Made by a program: the position numbers and the translations under genes
The notes under the pieces: model-generated
Seen by the model: the letters and a program-made list of their open reading frames with translations, nothing else
Databases searched by the model: none
Told to the model about the DNA's origin: nothing
In this document: positions 23,003-33,267 of the stretch, one piece after another
Layout: every line of letters starts with the position of its first letter
Numbering within the stretch: the first letter of the stretch is position 1
NCBI RefSeq assembly: GCF_001194135.2
Contig: NC_068998.1
Location: 37,819,104-37,852,370 of the forward strand
DNA length: 33,267 nt
Direction: 5' to 3'
From: Octopus bimaculoides
Lineage: Eukaryota

Positions 23003-23519
23003 TCTTATCCTCTTTTAAATATTAAACTGGAAATAATAAAACTATATTCATACTTGCTCTCATTTGTAAACTGTTTTCTGTTTCTACATTTTCACTATTG
23101 CAACAGGAAAGGCTCAACAAATGAAAACATAATTTTAAAGTGTTATTGTTCAAATATTCACTGACTAATATACTCAGTATCTTAAGTATAGCTAAGTATA
23201 TTAATTTAATAACACTTTAGTTTGTAAGGTTATAAGTTTGTTTCTATAATTTTGATCTTCTCTGAATTAATGAGGAAAATCTGTAAGTCGATGAAATATC
23301 CCGGAAGGAACATATCAAATCAAGGAGAAGAGAAAGATCGAAGGAATGGTGAGAAATTTAGTTAAAATTGTGTCCGTTTAAGTCTATATAAAGGAATAGA
23401 CTTTCCCTTTAAGGTTTAACATTAAACATGATAGACAAGGAAGGAGAAAGAATTTAGAAAAAATTTGAATGACAAATAAAGAAACGAATCAATTTATATA
23501 ACACAACAATAGAAATATA

Positions 23520-23720
23520 TTGGTTTCAAATTTTAGCACATGACCAACAATTTCGAGGGATTACATCGACCCTAGTATTCAACTGGTACTTATTTTATCG
23601 GCTCCGAAATGAGGAAAGGCAAAGTCAACCTGGGCGGAATTTGAACTTAGACCGTGAAAACGGACGCAATGCTGCTAAGCATTTTGCCCGGCGTGCTAAC
23701 GATTCTGCCAGCTCACCGCC
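23520..23720 (-). mobile_element. SINE family B
   Basis: Reverse complement begins GGCGGTGAGCTGGCAGAATCGTTAGCACGCCGGGC. Confidence 0.85.
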
Positions 23721-23996
23721 TTACGAAAGAAATATATTGACATTAATTGTGACCGAATGCTATAGATCTGAGATGCAAATGTGATCTAAGCTATATTAAG
23801 ATTGGAGACAAAATGAATTATTTTGTCAAAAACTACTAACGTCCAAAAATTAAAAACAAAATATCTTAAAACGAAGACATACAAGTTTTAAAATTAACAT
23901 TATTACACAAGGAGGAAAAATATATGAAAAATCTTGAGTTTGTTGGAAAAAATTGATGGAAGACCGAAATAATTATCTGAGGAAACGTACAATATT

Positions 23997-24197
23997 GATT
24001 TCAAAATTTTTGTATAAAGCCAGCATTTCCGGGTTGGGACAGTAAGTCGATTACATCGACCCCAGCACTCTACTGGTACTTATTTTATTGGTCTCAAAGG
24101 GATGAAAGGCAATGTCAGCCTAGACGGACTTTGAGCTCGGACGAAATGTTGCTAAGCATTTCACTCGGCGTGCTAACGATTCTGCCAGCTCACCGCC
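23997..24197 (-). mobile_element. SINE family B
   Basis: Reverse complement begins GGCGGTGAGCTGGCAGAATCGTTAGCACGCCGAG. Confidence 0.8.
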
Positions 24198-24538
24198 TTA
24201 ATTCTTAGTAGATTATAAGTACCAAACACAGAGAATTGTAGCGTTAGATAACTATTGGAAAAATTGGGTAAAAGGAGAGAGGCTGTTTACAAAGGAGATG
24301 AAAAAGTACAGATATCTGTAACAAAATATTTTAGTGAAGGCAAACAGCGCAAGTGATGTATATAGAAGAAGCGGACATACACTGGCCTAAATAAGTAATG
24401 GCGTAGATAGAGATTATACGAGAATAAAGATGCAAGCGAACGAAAATTTATACATCCATCTGTTGAATGAGTGAGCTTCACAAATCAGTTGCAGCCCCTA
24501 ATTTTAAGAAGTAAACACAAGAAAACACACACTATCGT

Positions 24539-24571
<33 letters not shown>

Positions 24572-24862
24572 NNNNNNNNNNNNNNNNNNNNNNNNNNNNN
24601 NNNNNNNNNNNNNNNNNNNNNNNNNNNNNNNNNNNNNNNNNNNNNNNNNNNNNNNNNNNNNNNNNNNNNNNNNNNNNNNNNNNNNNNNNNNNNNNNNNNN
24701 NNNNNNNNNNNNNNNNNNNNNNNNNNNNNNNNNNNNNNNNNNNNNNNNNNNNNNNNNNNNNNNNNNNNNNNNNNNNNNNNNNNNNNNNNNNNNNNNNNNN
24801 NNNNNNNNNNNNNNNNNNNNNNNNNNNNNNNNNNNNNNNNNNNNNNNNNNNNNNNNNNNNNN

Positions 24863-24932
<70 letters not shown>

Positions 24933-25030
24933 CATATACTAAAACTCTAGGGATGTTTGTGTGTAACTGAAATATCTCAGAACAAGTGTATTTTCTCTTA
25001 ATTTTTTCATATATTTATTTTCATACTTAC

Positions 25031-25062
25031 CTTCGGCAGGGCAGTACAATTCTTTGTGACAT
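25031..25062 (-). CDS. Candidate first coding exon of an unidentified minus-strand gene (MSQRIVLPCR, phase-2 intron)
   Basis: ATG at 25062 and a consensus donor AAG|GTAAGTAT (intron 25030-25023). ETS and CRE motifs lie about 60 nt upstream. No homology recognised. Confidence 0.4.
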
Positions 25063-25118
25063 TTGGACCTCTATTTAAACGATTAAAAACAATTTTTGTT
25101 ATTTCTTTAAAAAAATAT

Positions 25119-25136
25119 ATGGCTTCCGTGACGTCA
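25119..25136 (-). promoter_or_regulatory. Composite ETS (CGGAAG) and CRE (TGACGTCA) motif, putative promoter element
   Basis: Plus strand ATGGCTTCCGTGACGTCA: CTTCCG at 25123-25128 directly abuts the palindromic TGACGTCA at 25129-25136, upstream of the candidate exon. Confidence 0.4.
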
Positions 25137-25399
25137 ACACACATACACACATACAGAATACACACACATATAATGAATGTTATGGGGTGTCAATCAACAC
25201 AAACACACGTCCGCTATTTGTGACATATTTGTTGTTTATAGTTTCAGCTTAGAGCTGCGGCCATGCTGATGCACCGCCGTGTCTTCGCGTTCTCTAAGAA
25301 AAAAAAATGTCAACTTTTTGACGTGCACAATATTTTAATCATCTCGAAATATTTTTCATCATCTGCAGTTTGTTAATTTCCGTAAAAAATTTTATTTAT

Positions 25400-25883
25400 T
25401 TACTTTTGTTTTAAAGTGAAAGAGAGAAGACAATGAAAGATGTATGTATGTGTATATTAGATGGACGTGTGTGTGAGAATGAGAGAGAGAGAGAAAGAGA
25501 GGAAGAGAGAGTGAGAGGAAGAGAGAGTGAGAGGAAGAGAAAGAGAGGAAGAGAGAGAGAGAGGAAGAGAAAGAAAGGAAGAGAGAGAGAAAGTGAGTAA
25601 AGGTTTGTGTTGTCATGTGTACGTACATACATCAATACATATGCGCACATCTTTGTTGTATGTACGCGTGCATGTGTGTGTGAGAGAGAGAGTGTGTGTG
25701 TGTTTGTGAGTGAAGGTGTGTGTTCTCATGTATATGTAAGTGGCACACACACATTCTCTCTCTTTCTCTCGTTCTCTCTTTCTCTCTCACTCACACACAC
25801 ACACACACACACACACGTCCATTTCATATAGATGTTCAAACATCTTTCACTTTCTCGTCTCTTTCACTTTAAAACAAAAGTAA
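25400..25883. mobile_element. Foldback/MITE-like element with long inverted arms around microsatellite-rich DNA
   Basis: TTACTTTTGTTTTAAAGTGAAAGAGA (25400-25425) is the exact reverse complement of 25858-25883 (26/26). Imperfect pairing continues inward for about 100 nt (TGAAAGATG, ATGGACGTGTGTGTG, GA tracts). Confidence 0.7.
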
Positions 25884-26532
25884 CAGGTGATTTTCGGGAT
25901 AAAAATTGTTTAAAAAAAGCTTCTACTCATGTAAATTGATTACTATTGTTTGGATAGTTCCTATTAAATAAGTCCAGAAGTTAGTTTAAATATATATACA
26001 TGCATAAGTACCGTGAATTCCCATTCTACAAAACGGCAAACAATTCCGGGAATACTTTACCGGGCAACGCTGGGTAGTAAGTTTAGTTTATATTAAAAGG
26101 AAAATACCACGTAATCTAGAAAGAAGGCTAATTTAATAATGATCCAATGCCGGGAAAACTGCTGGAAGGGAATTATATCACATATCTGGAGACAATAATT
26201 CTTGCAAAATATCTTGATAATTAAAATTTGAGAAAAAAGGTTCATTCAAAGAAATATAGGTGACGAACCCGTTAAGTTATCATTTAGGAATTGGTGGAAC
26301 TGATAATATAAATAAGTCTTAACATGTAGTTTCGAACAAAGTAAGTTTGATTGGTTTTAGTGAAAGTAGATTTCGAAGAATAAAATCATCGTAGTAAAAC
26401 GAAAAAATATCGAAAGACGTAATAATTATTTATTTTAGATTCTATTAAATGGATATCTAAAAAGAAAGAAAAAGAATATGATGTAATACGGTTGAGAGGG
26501 ATGAAAAAGTGAAGAAGTTAGCTTTACTTAGC

Positions 26533-26604
26533 AACAAGATGGCGGACGACGTTACTGTTCCAAGTAGTGTTAGAAATGTATTGAAACAAGATGGCGAACG
26601 ACGT
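26533..26604 (+). repeat. 20-bp direct repeat of the start-codon context flanking a 32-bp insert; creates an out-of-frame uORF (26539-26619)
   Basis: AACAAGATGGCGGACGACGT (26533-26552) vs AACAAGATGGCGAACGACGT (26585-26604), 19/20. The uORF reads MADDVTVPSSVRNVLKQDGERRADLC*. Confidence 0.85.
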
Positions 26605-26797
26605 GCTGACTTGTGTTGATCAATTATTCCTTCCGGGTGAAATTGTTCGGGATTTGAAAGATATTGATGAACAAGAGAATAAAATAGTGTTAGAGCCAGG
26701 ATTTCGAGTTCAGGAAAAACAAGTATTACTAACAAAGCCTGGAATTCTTCATTTTAAACAATATATCACCTACTGGATTGACTGTCACTAACGTAGG
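26591..26797 (+). pseudogene. EXOSC3: Exon 1 of an exosome component RRP40/EXOSC3-like gene with an in-frame TAA (26789-26791); pseudogenised copy, null allele or consensus error
   Basis: Translates MANDVLTCVDQLFLPGEIVRDL...KIVLEPGFRVQEKQVLLTKPGILHFKQYITYWIDCH*RR. This matches RRP40 N-terminal motifs (VLPGE; GPGLR; LLVTKCGRL; YWVDSQQKR in human). A GTATGT donor follows at 26798-26803 in phase 0, the position where I recall human exon 1 ending. AAGATGGCG start context. No exon 2 (YVP...) found in the readable sequence. Confidence 0.8.
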
Positions 26798-26864
26798 GTA
26801 TGTAGTCGCTTTCATAGACAGCTCGTATTTCTTTGTATATGCAACATAAAAAAAAAGAATTACA

Positions 26865-27016
26865 AATGGGTGCAAGCATGGCTGTGGGATTTGGAAGTTC
26901 AGTTTGCAACCGTATAGTTTTGGATTCGATCCTACTACGCGGAATCTTCAGCAAGCGACTTCTACCACGGTTGGGTTGACCATTATTTTGTGTGGGGAAT
27001 TGATCGACGGAAACTT
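26865..27016 (+). mobile_element. SINE family C, diverged 5' half, within the putative EXOSC3 intron 1
   Basis: GGTGCAAGCATGGCTGTG...GGATTCGATCC...GACGGAAACT. Confidence 0.55.
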
Positions 27017-27020
27017 GTAC

Positions 27021-27064
<44 letters not shown>

Positions 27065-27306
27065 TTGTACATAGATGCACCAATCAAGAAACATATATAA
27101 GGAATATATACATACTCACTTACCTACCTACATACATACCTATCTACCTATATATGTAGATATCTAGATATGCATGCATTCATACGTACATATTAACATA
27201 TATGCTTGCGTGTGTGTGTGCATTGATGCAAGTGTGTGTTCTGTTGAATCCCGACCATGTTCTGTTTTACAACTTTCTCATGATTTTGGGGGTTTTTTTT
27301 CATGTA

Positions 27307-27341
27307 TTTTAATACACTTCTGACACTACTTGGAACAGTAA
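27307..27341 (-). repeat. Inverted copy of 26552-26586 located in the putative intron 1
   Basis: Reverse complement TTACTGTTCCAAGTAGTGTCAGAAGTGTATTAAAA vs TTACTGTTCCAAGTAGTGTTAGAAATGTATTGAAA, 32/35 identical. Confidence 0.85.
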
Positions 27342-27482
27342 AATTCTTAACTGTGTCATCAACGACTCTATACGTTCTGAGTCTCATCATCGGGATGTTG
27401 TGTTGCTGATGTGTGTTGGTGTCCCTTTGCTGGTAGAAGACATGGCCAATGTGACTGGTTTACATATGACACCAGAATTTAA

Positions 27483-27702
27483 CGCTTTAGCGTTCACATT
27501 ATTCTGTCAAACGTAATGCTTATTTATTCACGTTGTTTTGAATTAACCATGCGTTATCTCGTAGCTTCAAAATTTCGATGATGTGATTGCTTATTTTCAG
27601 AATGGCATGGTAGGATAGGTGTGAGAGCCTGGATTTGGTCAGTTTGAATAGAAAACAGATGGAATATTTTGGCCGAATATACCCGTTTTAAATGCTAAAG
27701 AA
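27483..27702. mobile_element. piggyBac-like MITE
   Basis: TTAA at 27479-27482 and 27703-27706. Imperfect TIRs CGCTTTAGCGTTCA and the reverse complement TTCTTTAGCATTTA. Confidence 0.55.
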
Positions 27703-28015
27703 TTAAATACTGACCGTTACAGTTATACATCAGCAGATATGCGCTTGTCTCTGTGCTTGTGTTAGAACGTCATGGCAGGGCGAATGCCTTAATCACACAA
27801 CAGAAATATATACAACACTGGGAGTAAAAGCAGAAGTCGTACTCAGCAGATATAAATATATATATACCTTTGTTGCAGCTGCGAATGTACAAGAGACTCA
27901 AAGTTAGAATTAAAACCGAAGAAACTCTGGTTCAATATATTCTCTCCTCCCTCTCTCTTTATCCATACGTGTGTGTGTGTATGCATGTGTGCGTGTGTGC
28001 TTGTGTGTGTTTATT

Positions 28016-28063
<48 letters not shown>

Positions 28064-28082
28064 GTGTGTGTGTGTGTGTGTA

Positions 28083-29019
28083 GGATTTCCCCAAAACTCA
28101 AACACACATTCAATGATTATAAATCGGTGTTTATCAAAATATATTTCGTTTTCAAAATTTAATAGAATTTACAGACTATTTAGTAATTTTATGAATGCCT
28201 GCTTTCAAACTAATCTTTCTGGTACAAGCTCTGCTGATAACGCGAAGCGACGGAATCGTAAATATAAAGAAATATTTTGCTCGGTATTTGTGCGCATTCA
28301 CGTTCAATGGCTGCTCTCAGTTCGTCGACTGTTGTCGGTGTTGTAACGTAACATTTACCTTTTAAATACCCCACTCCCCAAAAAGATGTCTAGTAGTGTA
28401 AGGTCCGTGTAACGTGAAGGGTATTCCACTGAACTTCTTCGATCAATCCACTAGTTTGGCAAATTATCAAAGTAAACCTTTACATTACTATTGTAGTGCA
28501 GGGAGTGTCCCATCTTGCTGGAAATAAAACCCACGTCTCCAAAGTCCTCTTAAACACTTAGCATGATGGAGTGATGAAGTAAGCTCAAGTAAAAGGGACC
28601 AGTCATAGTAATATAAAAAAAATAATGGCTCAATTAATCCTTTCGATGATAAACCGGATCATACTGTAATTCTTTTTTACTCTTTNNNNNNNNNNNNNNN
28701 NNNNNNNNNNNNNNNNNNNNNNNNNNNNNNNNNNNNNNNNNNNNNNNNNNNNNNNNNNNNNNNNNNNNNNNNNNNNNNNNNNNNNNNNNNNNNNNNNNNN
28801 NNNNNNNNNNNNNNNNNNNNNNNNNNNNNNNNNNNNNNNNNNNNNNNNNNNNNNNNNNNNNNNNNNNNNNNNNNNNNNNNNNNNNNNNNNNNNNNNNNNN
28901 NNNNNNNNNNNNNNNNNNNNNNNNNNNNNNNNNNNNNNNNNNNNNNNNNNNNNNNNNNNNNNNNNNNNNNNNNNNNNNNNNNNNNNNNNNNNNNNNNNNN
29001 NNNNNNNNNNNNNNNNNNN

Positions 29020-29050
<31 letters not shown>

Positions 29051-29804
29051 CATATATACGACAGGCTTCTTTCAGTTTCCGTCTTCCAAATCCACTCACA
29101 AGGTTTTGGTCGGTCCGAGGCCATAGTAGAAGCCCAAGGTGCAACGCAGTGAGACTTAACCCAGAACCTTCCTGATAGATTAATATGATGTTCCTCCATA
29201 TGCGGGAACGCTAGTAGCAATTGTGATGATTAATAGAGCCATTTAATTTCAACGCAGTTTCATCACTCCAAATAGTCTTAGAAAATCTTCTGCCCACCTT
29301 GCTACGTACCACTCTCAAAACTCCCCTCTTCGTTCCAGTTCATCTTCATTGAGAGATGGAGTATTGTTGAAAAGTAACTTTTTTCCCTACGAGAGCGCTT
29401 CAAAATGCGACGGGCGCTTGATTTTGAAATTCCTAACTCACAGCTCGGTTTGGCATACAAATTTATTTGAACTCTTCTAAAACCATTTCTTGCTTTGTGA
29501 GTTTCGTCTACCTCTGCGGCCTTCCGAAACGTTTCTTGTCGAAATTATGAACAATTCCAACGGCTTTAAACTTATACCTAATTCGATTGATGGTGAGTTG
29601 CATTGTGGATCTGATTGGAACTCCGACACAAACTTTGCACTTCGACTGCGTTTTCAAGCTTCCATTCGCACTTGAGGAATACATTTCTTGTTCAAAGATT
29701 AGACTGTCTGCATTTATTATTTCAAATGAATTAAATCTACAAACAAGTGAAAATTAACTGAGCTATCAGATGTTAAAGTATGGATACATTTTGGGGACAC
29801 ATTA
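28083..29804 (-). mobile_element. Decayed Tc1/mariner element, DD41D-like, with DUF4817-type HTH; interrupted by a SINE and a gap
   Basis: Frameshifted translation gives KCEWKLENAVEV..., IWSDETALKLNGSINHHNC (about 29220-29275), FYFQQDG (about 28510-28527), DLTLLD (about 28388-28405) and VDELRAAIERECAQIP. There are 121 nt between the second and third catalytic Asp codons (about 40-41 codons). Degenerate TIRs share CCCCAAAA (28089-28096; reverse complement at 29789-29796). Confidence 0.8.
29057..29165 (-). mobile_element. SINE family C fragment nested in the DD41D-like transposon
   Basis: ACGACAGGCTTCTTTCAGTTTCCGTC...CCCAAGGTGCAACGCAGTG matches 9775-9885. Confidence 0.75.
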
Positions 29805-30235
29805 TAGTTACACACACACACACACACACAAGCTGTGTATCCCATCGTTGCCGGGAAATTTTCACAATAGAATGCCTTCATTTCAATTATTTATATTCCA
29901 TGTCTTCTCCAACGAATAGACATCTTCATCAGGACATATTTCTGCAGTATTTGGTGCAGTTTATAATGCATCGATAAACAAAGATTTTGTTTTTCCATTT
30001 GGTGCATGGATGTAAAGATTTTTCTTAGTTCGCTGCTGATGCTTCGTAAGGGTCTTTCGACACTACTGCCCTAATGAAATTCCTTACAAACATGCGCGCG
30101 CACGCACACACTCACACACACATGTGCACGCGCACACACTCAATGTAGGCGATATATATTTACAAGGTGTAAGAGAGTGTGGTAAATATATATACAGAGG
30201 GGGAAGTTTACAATGAGAAAGCGTAAATGAAATAG

Positions 30236-30237
30236 AT

Positions 30238-30298
<61 letters not shown>

Positions 30299-30803
30299 NN
30301 NNNNNNNNNNNNNNNNNNNNNNNNNNNNNNNNNNNNNNNNNNNNNNNNNNNNNNNNNNNNNNNNNNNNNNNNNNNNNNNNNNNNNNNNNNNNNNNNNNNN
30401 NNNNNNNNNNNNNNNNNNNNNNNNNNNNNNNNNNNNNNNNNNNNNNNNNNNNNNNNNNNNNNNNNNNNNNNNNNNNNNNNNNNNNNNNNNNNNNNNNNNN
30501 NNNNNNNNNNNNNNNNNNNNNNNNNNNNNNNNNNNNNNNNNNNNNNNNNNNNNNNNNNNNNNNNNNNNNNNNNNNNNNNNNNNNNNNNNNNNNNNNNNNN
30601 NNNNNNNNNNNNNNNNNNNNNNNNNNNNNNNNNNNNNNNNNNNNNNNNNNNNNNNNNNNNNNNNNNNNNNNNNNNNNNNNNNNNNNNNNNNNNNNNNNNN
30701 NNNNNNNNNNNNNNNNNNNNNNNNNNNNNNNNNNNNNNNNNNNNNNNNNNNNNNNNNNNNNNNNNNNNNNNNNNNNNNNNNNNNNNNNNNNNNNNNNNNN
30801 NNN

Positions 30804-30862
<59 letters not shown>
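30236..30862. repeat. (GA)n microsatellite spanning a gap
   Basis: GA tracts on both sides of N 30299-30803. Confidence 0.9.
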
Positions 30863-30864
<2 letters not shown>

Positions 30865-31365
30865 TGGTGGAGACCGATAGAGAGTGGAAGATTTGTTGAT
30901 CTACAGGTTGAGTTATTTCTCGGAGAAATTTCTATTTTTTGATTAACCTGTAGCCGAATACCTTTCTGTTGGGATGCAGATGTCGAAAGTCAAATCCGTT
31001 TTTTCTTTGGGGCTATATACACATCTGTACACACCTGCACTCTAATTATAGTAGATATTTTACATGTAATAAAATGCAATGTGTGTCCCGTCGGTCACGC
31101 TTATAGAAGAAAACTAAATCAACAAATGCAGTGGAAGTGAGTGAGAGTCAGAGATGCTAAATGCAGGTGAACTGTTATAAAAGGTTTTGCTTATTGGTCA
31201 CAGATATTTTAAAATAACAATAAAAACTGCAAATTTTATCGCAAATTGTATTTAGCTTATCAGTATCACATACAACACACACACACAACCAAACAAACAC
31301 ACGCACATACACACACACATATAAGGAAAGATGTCACTTTCTGAGGTTTAAAGACAGAAATGTAG

Positions 31366-31512
31366 ACTGTGCGGTAAGTAGCTTGCTTACCAAACACATG
31401 GTTCCGGGTTTAGTCCCACTACGTGGCACCTTGGGCAAGTATCTTCTACTATGACCTCGAGCCGACCAAAGCCCTGTGAGTGGATTTGATAGACGGAAAC
31501 TGAAAGAAACCT
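31366..31512 (+). mobile_element. SINE family C, 5' half
   Basis: GGTAAGTAGCTTGCTTACCAAACACATGGTTCCGGG...GACGGAAACTGAAAG. Confidence 0.8.
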
Positions 31513-32462
31513 GCTGTGTGTGTGTGTGTGTTTGTGTGTATATAAGCTCATGTTTTCATGTATATGTATAAATGCATNNNNNNNNNNNNNNNNNNNNNNN
31601 NNNNNNNNNNNNNNNNNNNNNNNNNNNNNNNNNNNNNNNNNNNNNNNNNNNNNNNNNNNNNNNNNNNNNNNNNNNNNNNNNNNNNNNNNNNNNNNNNNNN
31701 NNNNNNNNNNNNNNNNNNNNNNNNNNNNNNNNNNNNNNNNNNNNNNNNNNNNNNNNNNNNNNNNNNNNNNNNNNNNNNNNNNNNNNNNNNNNNNNNNNNN
31801 NNNNNNNNNNNNNNNNNNNNNNNNNNNNNNNNNNNNNNNNNNNNNNNNNNNNNNNNNNNNNNNNNNNNNNNNNNNNNNNNNNNNNNNNNNNNNNNNNNNN
31901 NNNNNNNNNNNNNNNNNNNNNNNNNNNNNNNNNNNNNNNNNNNNNNNNNNNNNNNNNNNNNNNNNNNNNNNNNNNNNNNNNNNNNNNNNNNNNNNNNNNN
32001 NNNNNNNNNNNNNNNNNNNNNNNNNNNNNNNNNNNNNNNNNNNNNNNNNNNNNNNNNNNNNNNNNNNNNNNNNNNNNNNNNNNNNNNNNNNNNNNNNNNN
32101 NNNNNNNNNNNNNNNNNNNNNNNNNNNNNNNNNNNNNNNNNNNNNNNNNNNNNNNNNNNNNNNNNNNNNNNNNNNNNNNNNNNNNNNNNNNNNNNNNNNN
32201 NNNNNNNNNNNNNNNNNNNNNNNNNNNNNNNNNNNNNNNNNNNNNNNNNNNNNNNNNNNNNNNNNNNNNNNNNNNNNNNNNNNNNNNNNNNNNNNNNNNN
32301 NNNNNNNNNNNNNNNNNNNNNNNNNNNNNNNNNNNNNNNNNNNNNNNNNNNNNNNNNNNNNNNNNNNNNNNNNNNNNNNNNNNNNNNNNNNNNNNNNNNN
32401 NNNNNNNNNNNNNNNNNNNNNNNNNNNNNNNNNNNNNNNNNNNNNNNNNNNNNNNNNNNNNN

Positions 32463-32496
<34 letters not shown>

Positions 32497-33102
32497 GCAG
32501 TCAGGGACAGAAAGATATTTATTCATTCTATCTATATGTTAATAAATATTCATGAATATTTCTACAGCAATCAAAAAGAGCTATCAACCGAAAGATACCG
32601 TTTAAAACCTTTCTGAATTTCATTTCAGCTTCGGTGCTATCAGAGGCACCCATGCTCGTTTCAGTCACATATGATACACATATATGTGTGTGTGTCTCTG
32701 AATGCGTATTTGGATCTGTATGTGTCTGTATGTTTGTGTGTGTGTGTGAGCGAGTAATTATCCAGAATCGAATCAATCATCACGTGATATAGATTGGAAA
32801 TAAGATGTACGAGAAATATAATCTAAAACACCCTTAGGTTATAATCAAGTAAATATATATTAATTCTATGAGTGGTTATGAATGGGTAGGATAATTAATT
32901 CATATTCTCTTTTATGTCTAATGTTTGTATATATTTAAAATGTGTTTATTATATAAATAATATATCCACACATCCGGAACACATTTACGTACATAAGTAT
33001 GTGTGTGTGTGTGTTTGTGCGAGCGCGCTTGCCTGTGTATGCAGGTATATACACATATATGCACACATACATACATACATACATACATACATACTGTGTT
33101 AT

Positions 33103-33228
33103 AAGAAGTTTGCTTCCCAACCACATGGTTCCGGGTTCAGTCCCACTACTTGGCATCTTTGGGATAATCTCGAGTCGACCAAAGCTTTGTGAGTGGATTT
33201 GGTAGACAGAAACTGAAAGAAGCCCGCT
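33103..33228 (+). mobile_element. SINE family C, 5' half
   Basis: AAGAAGTTTGCTTCCCAACCACATGGTTCCGGGTTCAGTCCC...GAAACTGAAAGAAGCCCG. Confidence 0.8.
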
Positions 33229-33267
33229 CTGTGTGTGTGTGTGTATGTATATATAAATATATATATA

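Larger units (their letters stand above)
1052..32462. other. Thirteen assembly gaps (about 6.6 kb of N): 1052-1817, 5414-6388, 7293-7872, 10565-10999, 15617-15626, 17373-17686, 18723-19395, 20713-20722, 21806-22679, 24572-24861, 28686-29019, 30299-30803, 31578-32462
   Basis: N runs, mostly bordered by microsatellites or SINEs. Exons could be hidden inside them. Confidence 0.95.

Noticed and set aside
25023-25047. Resemblance to the U1 snRNA 5' end (ATACTTACCT..GGCAGGG)
   Set aside because: Similarity stops after about 20 nt, with no stem-loops or Sm site. It is better explained as the antisense of a consensus 5' splice site.
26789-26791. Rescue of the TAA by cephalopod A-to-I editing
   Set aside because: It would need both adenosines edited and would give Trp where Gln is expected. 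A C>T change or assembly error is far simpler.
759-32616. Long ORFs with X runs or [16 protein letters not shown] repeats
   Set aside because: Produced by N gaps and di- or tetranucleotide microsatellites.
32528-32776. Minus-strand ORF segment SMGASDSTEAEMKFRK that looks protein-like
   Set aside because: No convincing splice signals and no recognised homology.
1-33267. CRISPR arrays, operons or other prokaryotic systems
   Set aside because: The sequence is eukaryotic in character. Recurrent motifs are dispersed SINEs or microsatellites, not repeat-spacer arrays.

Overview
Gene-poor, AT-rich eukaryotic DNA from a draft assembly. About 20% is N, in 13 gaps that mostly abut microsatellites. 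The microsatellite load, tRNA-derived SINE families and transposon remnants best fit an octopod cephalopod (inference). Most listed ORFs are artefacts of microsatellites or N-runs. Real protein homology is limited to four things: (1) exon 1 of an EXOSC3/RRP40-like gene (26591-26797, +) with an in-frame TAA two codons before a conserved splice donor; (2) a mariner transposase N-terminus; (3) a decayed DD41D-like Tc1/mariner element; (4) RTE-type LINE remnants. There are more than 20 SINE copies in four families (my labels A-D) and several MITE/foldback elements. The most unusual item is a GC-rich 28S rRNA-derived segment (about 13398-13700). It starts where the protostome 28S-beta molecule starts, seems internally deleted, is fused to a non-rRNA retroposon-like tail and is flanked by a degenerate 16-bp direct repeat, so it is a candidate 28S-derived SINE or chimeric retrocopy. 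Also notable: an inverted templated insertion duplicating the EXOSC3-like start codon, a possible head-to-head partner gene, and a perfect 58-bp palindrome on a SINE tail. Family names and homologies come from recall and manual translation, not database searches.
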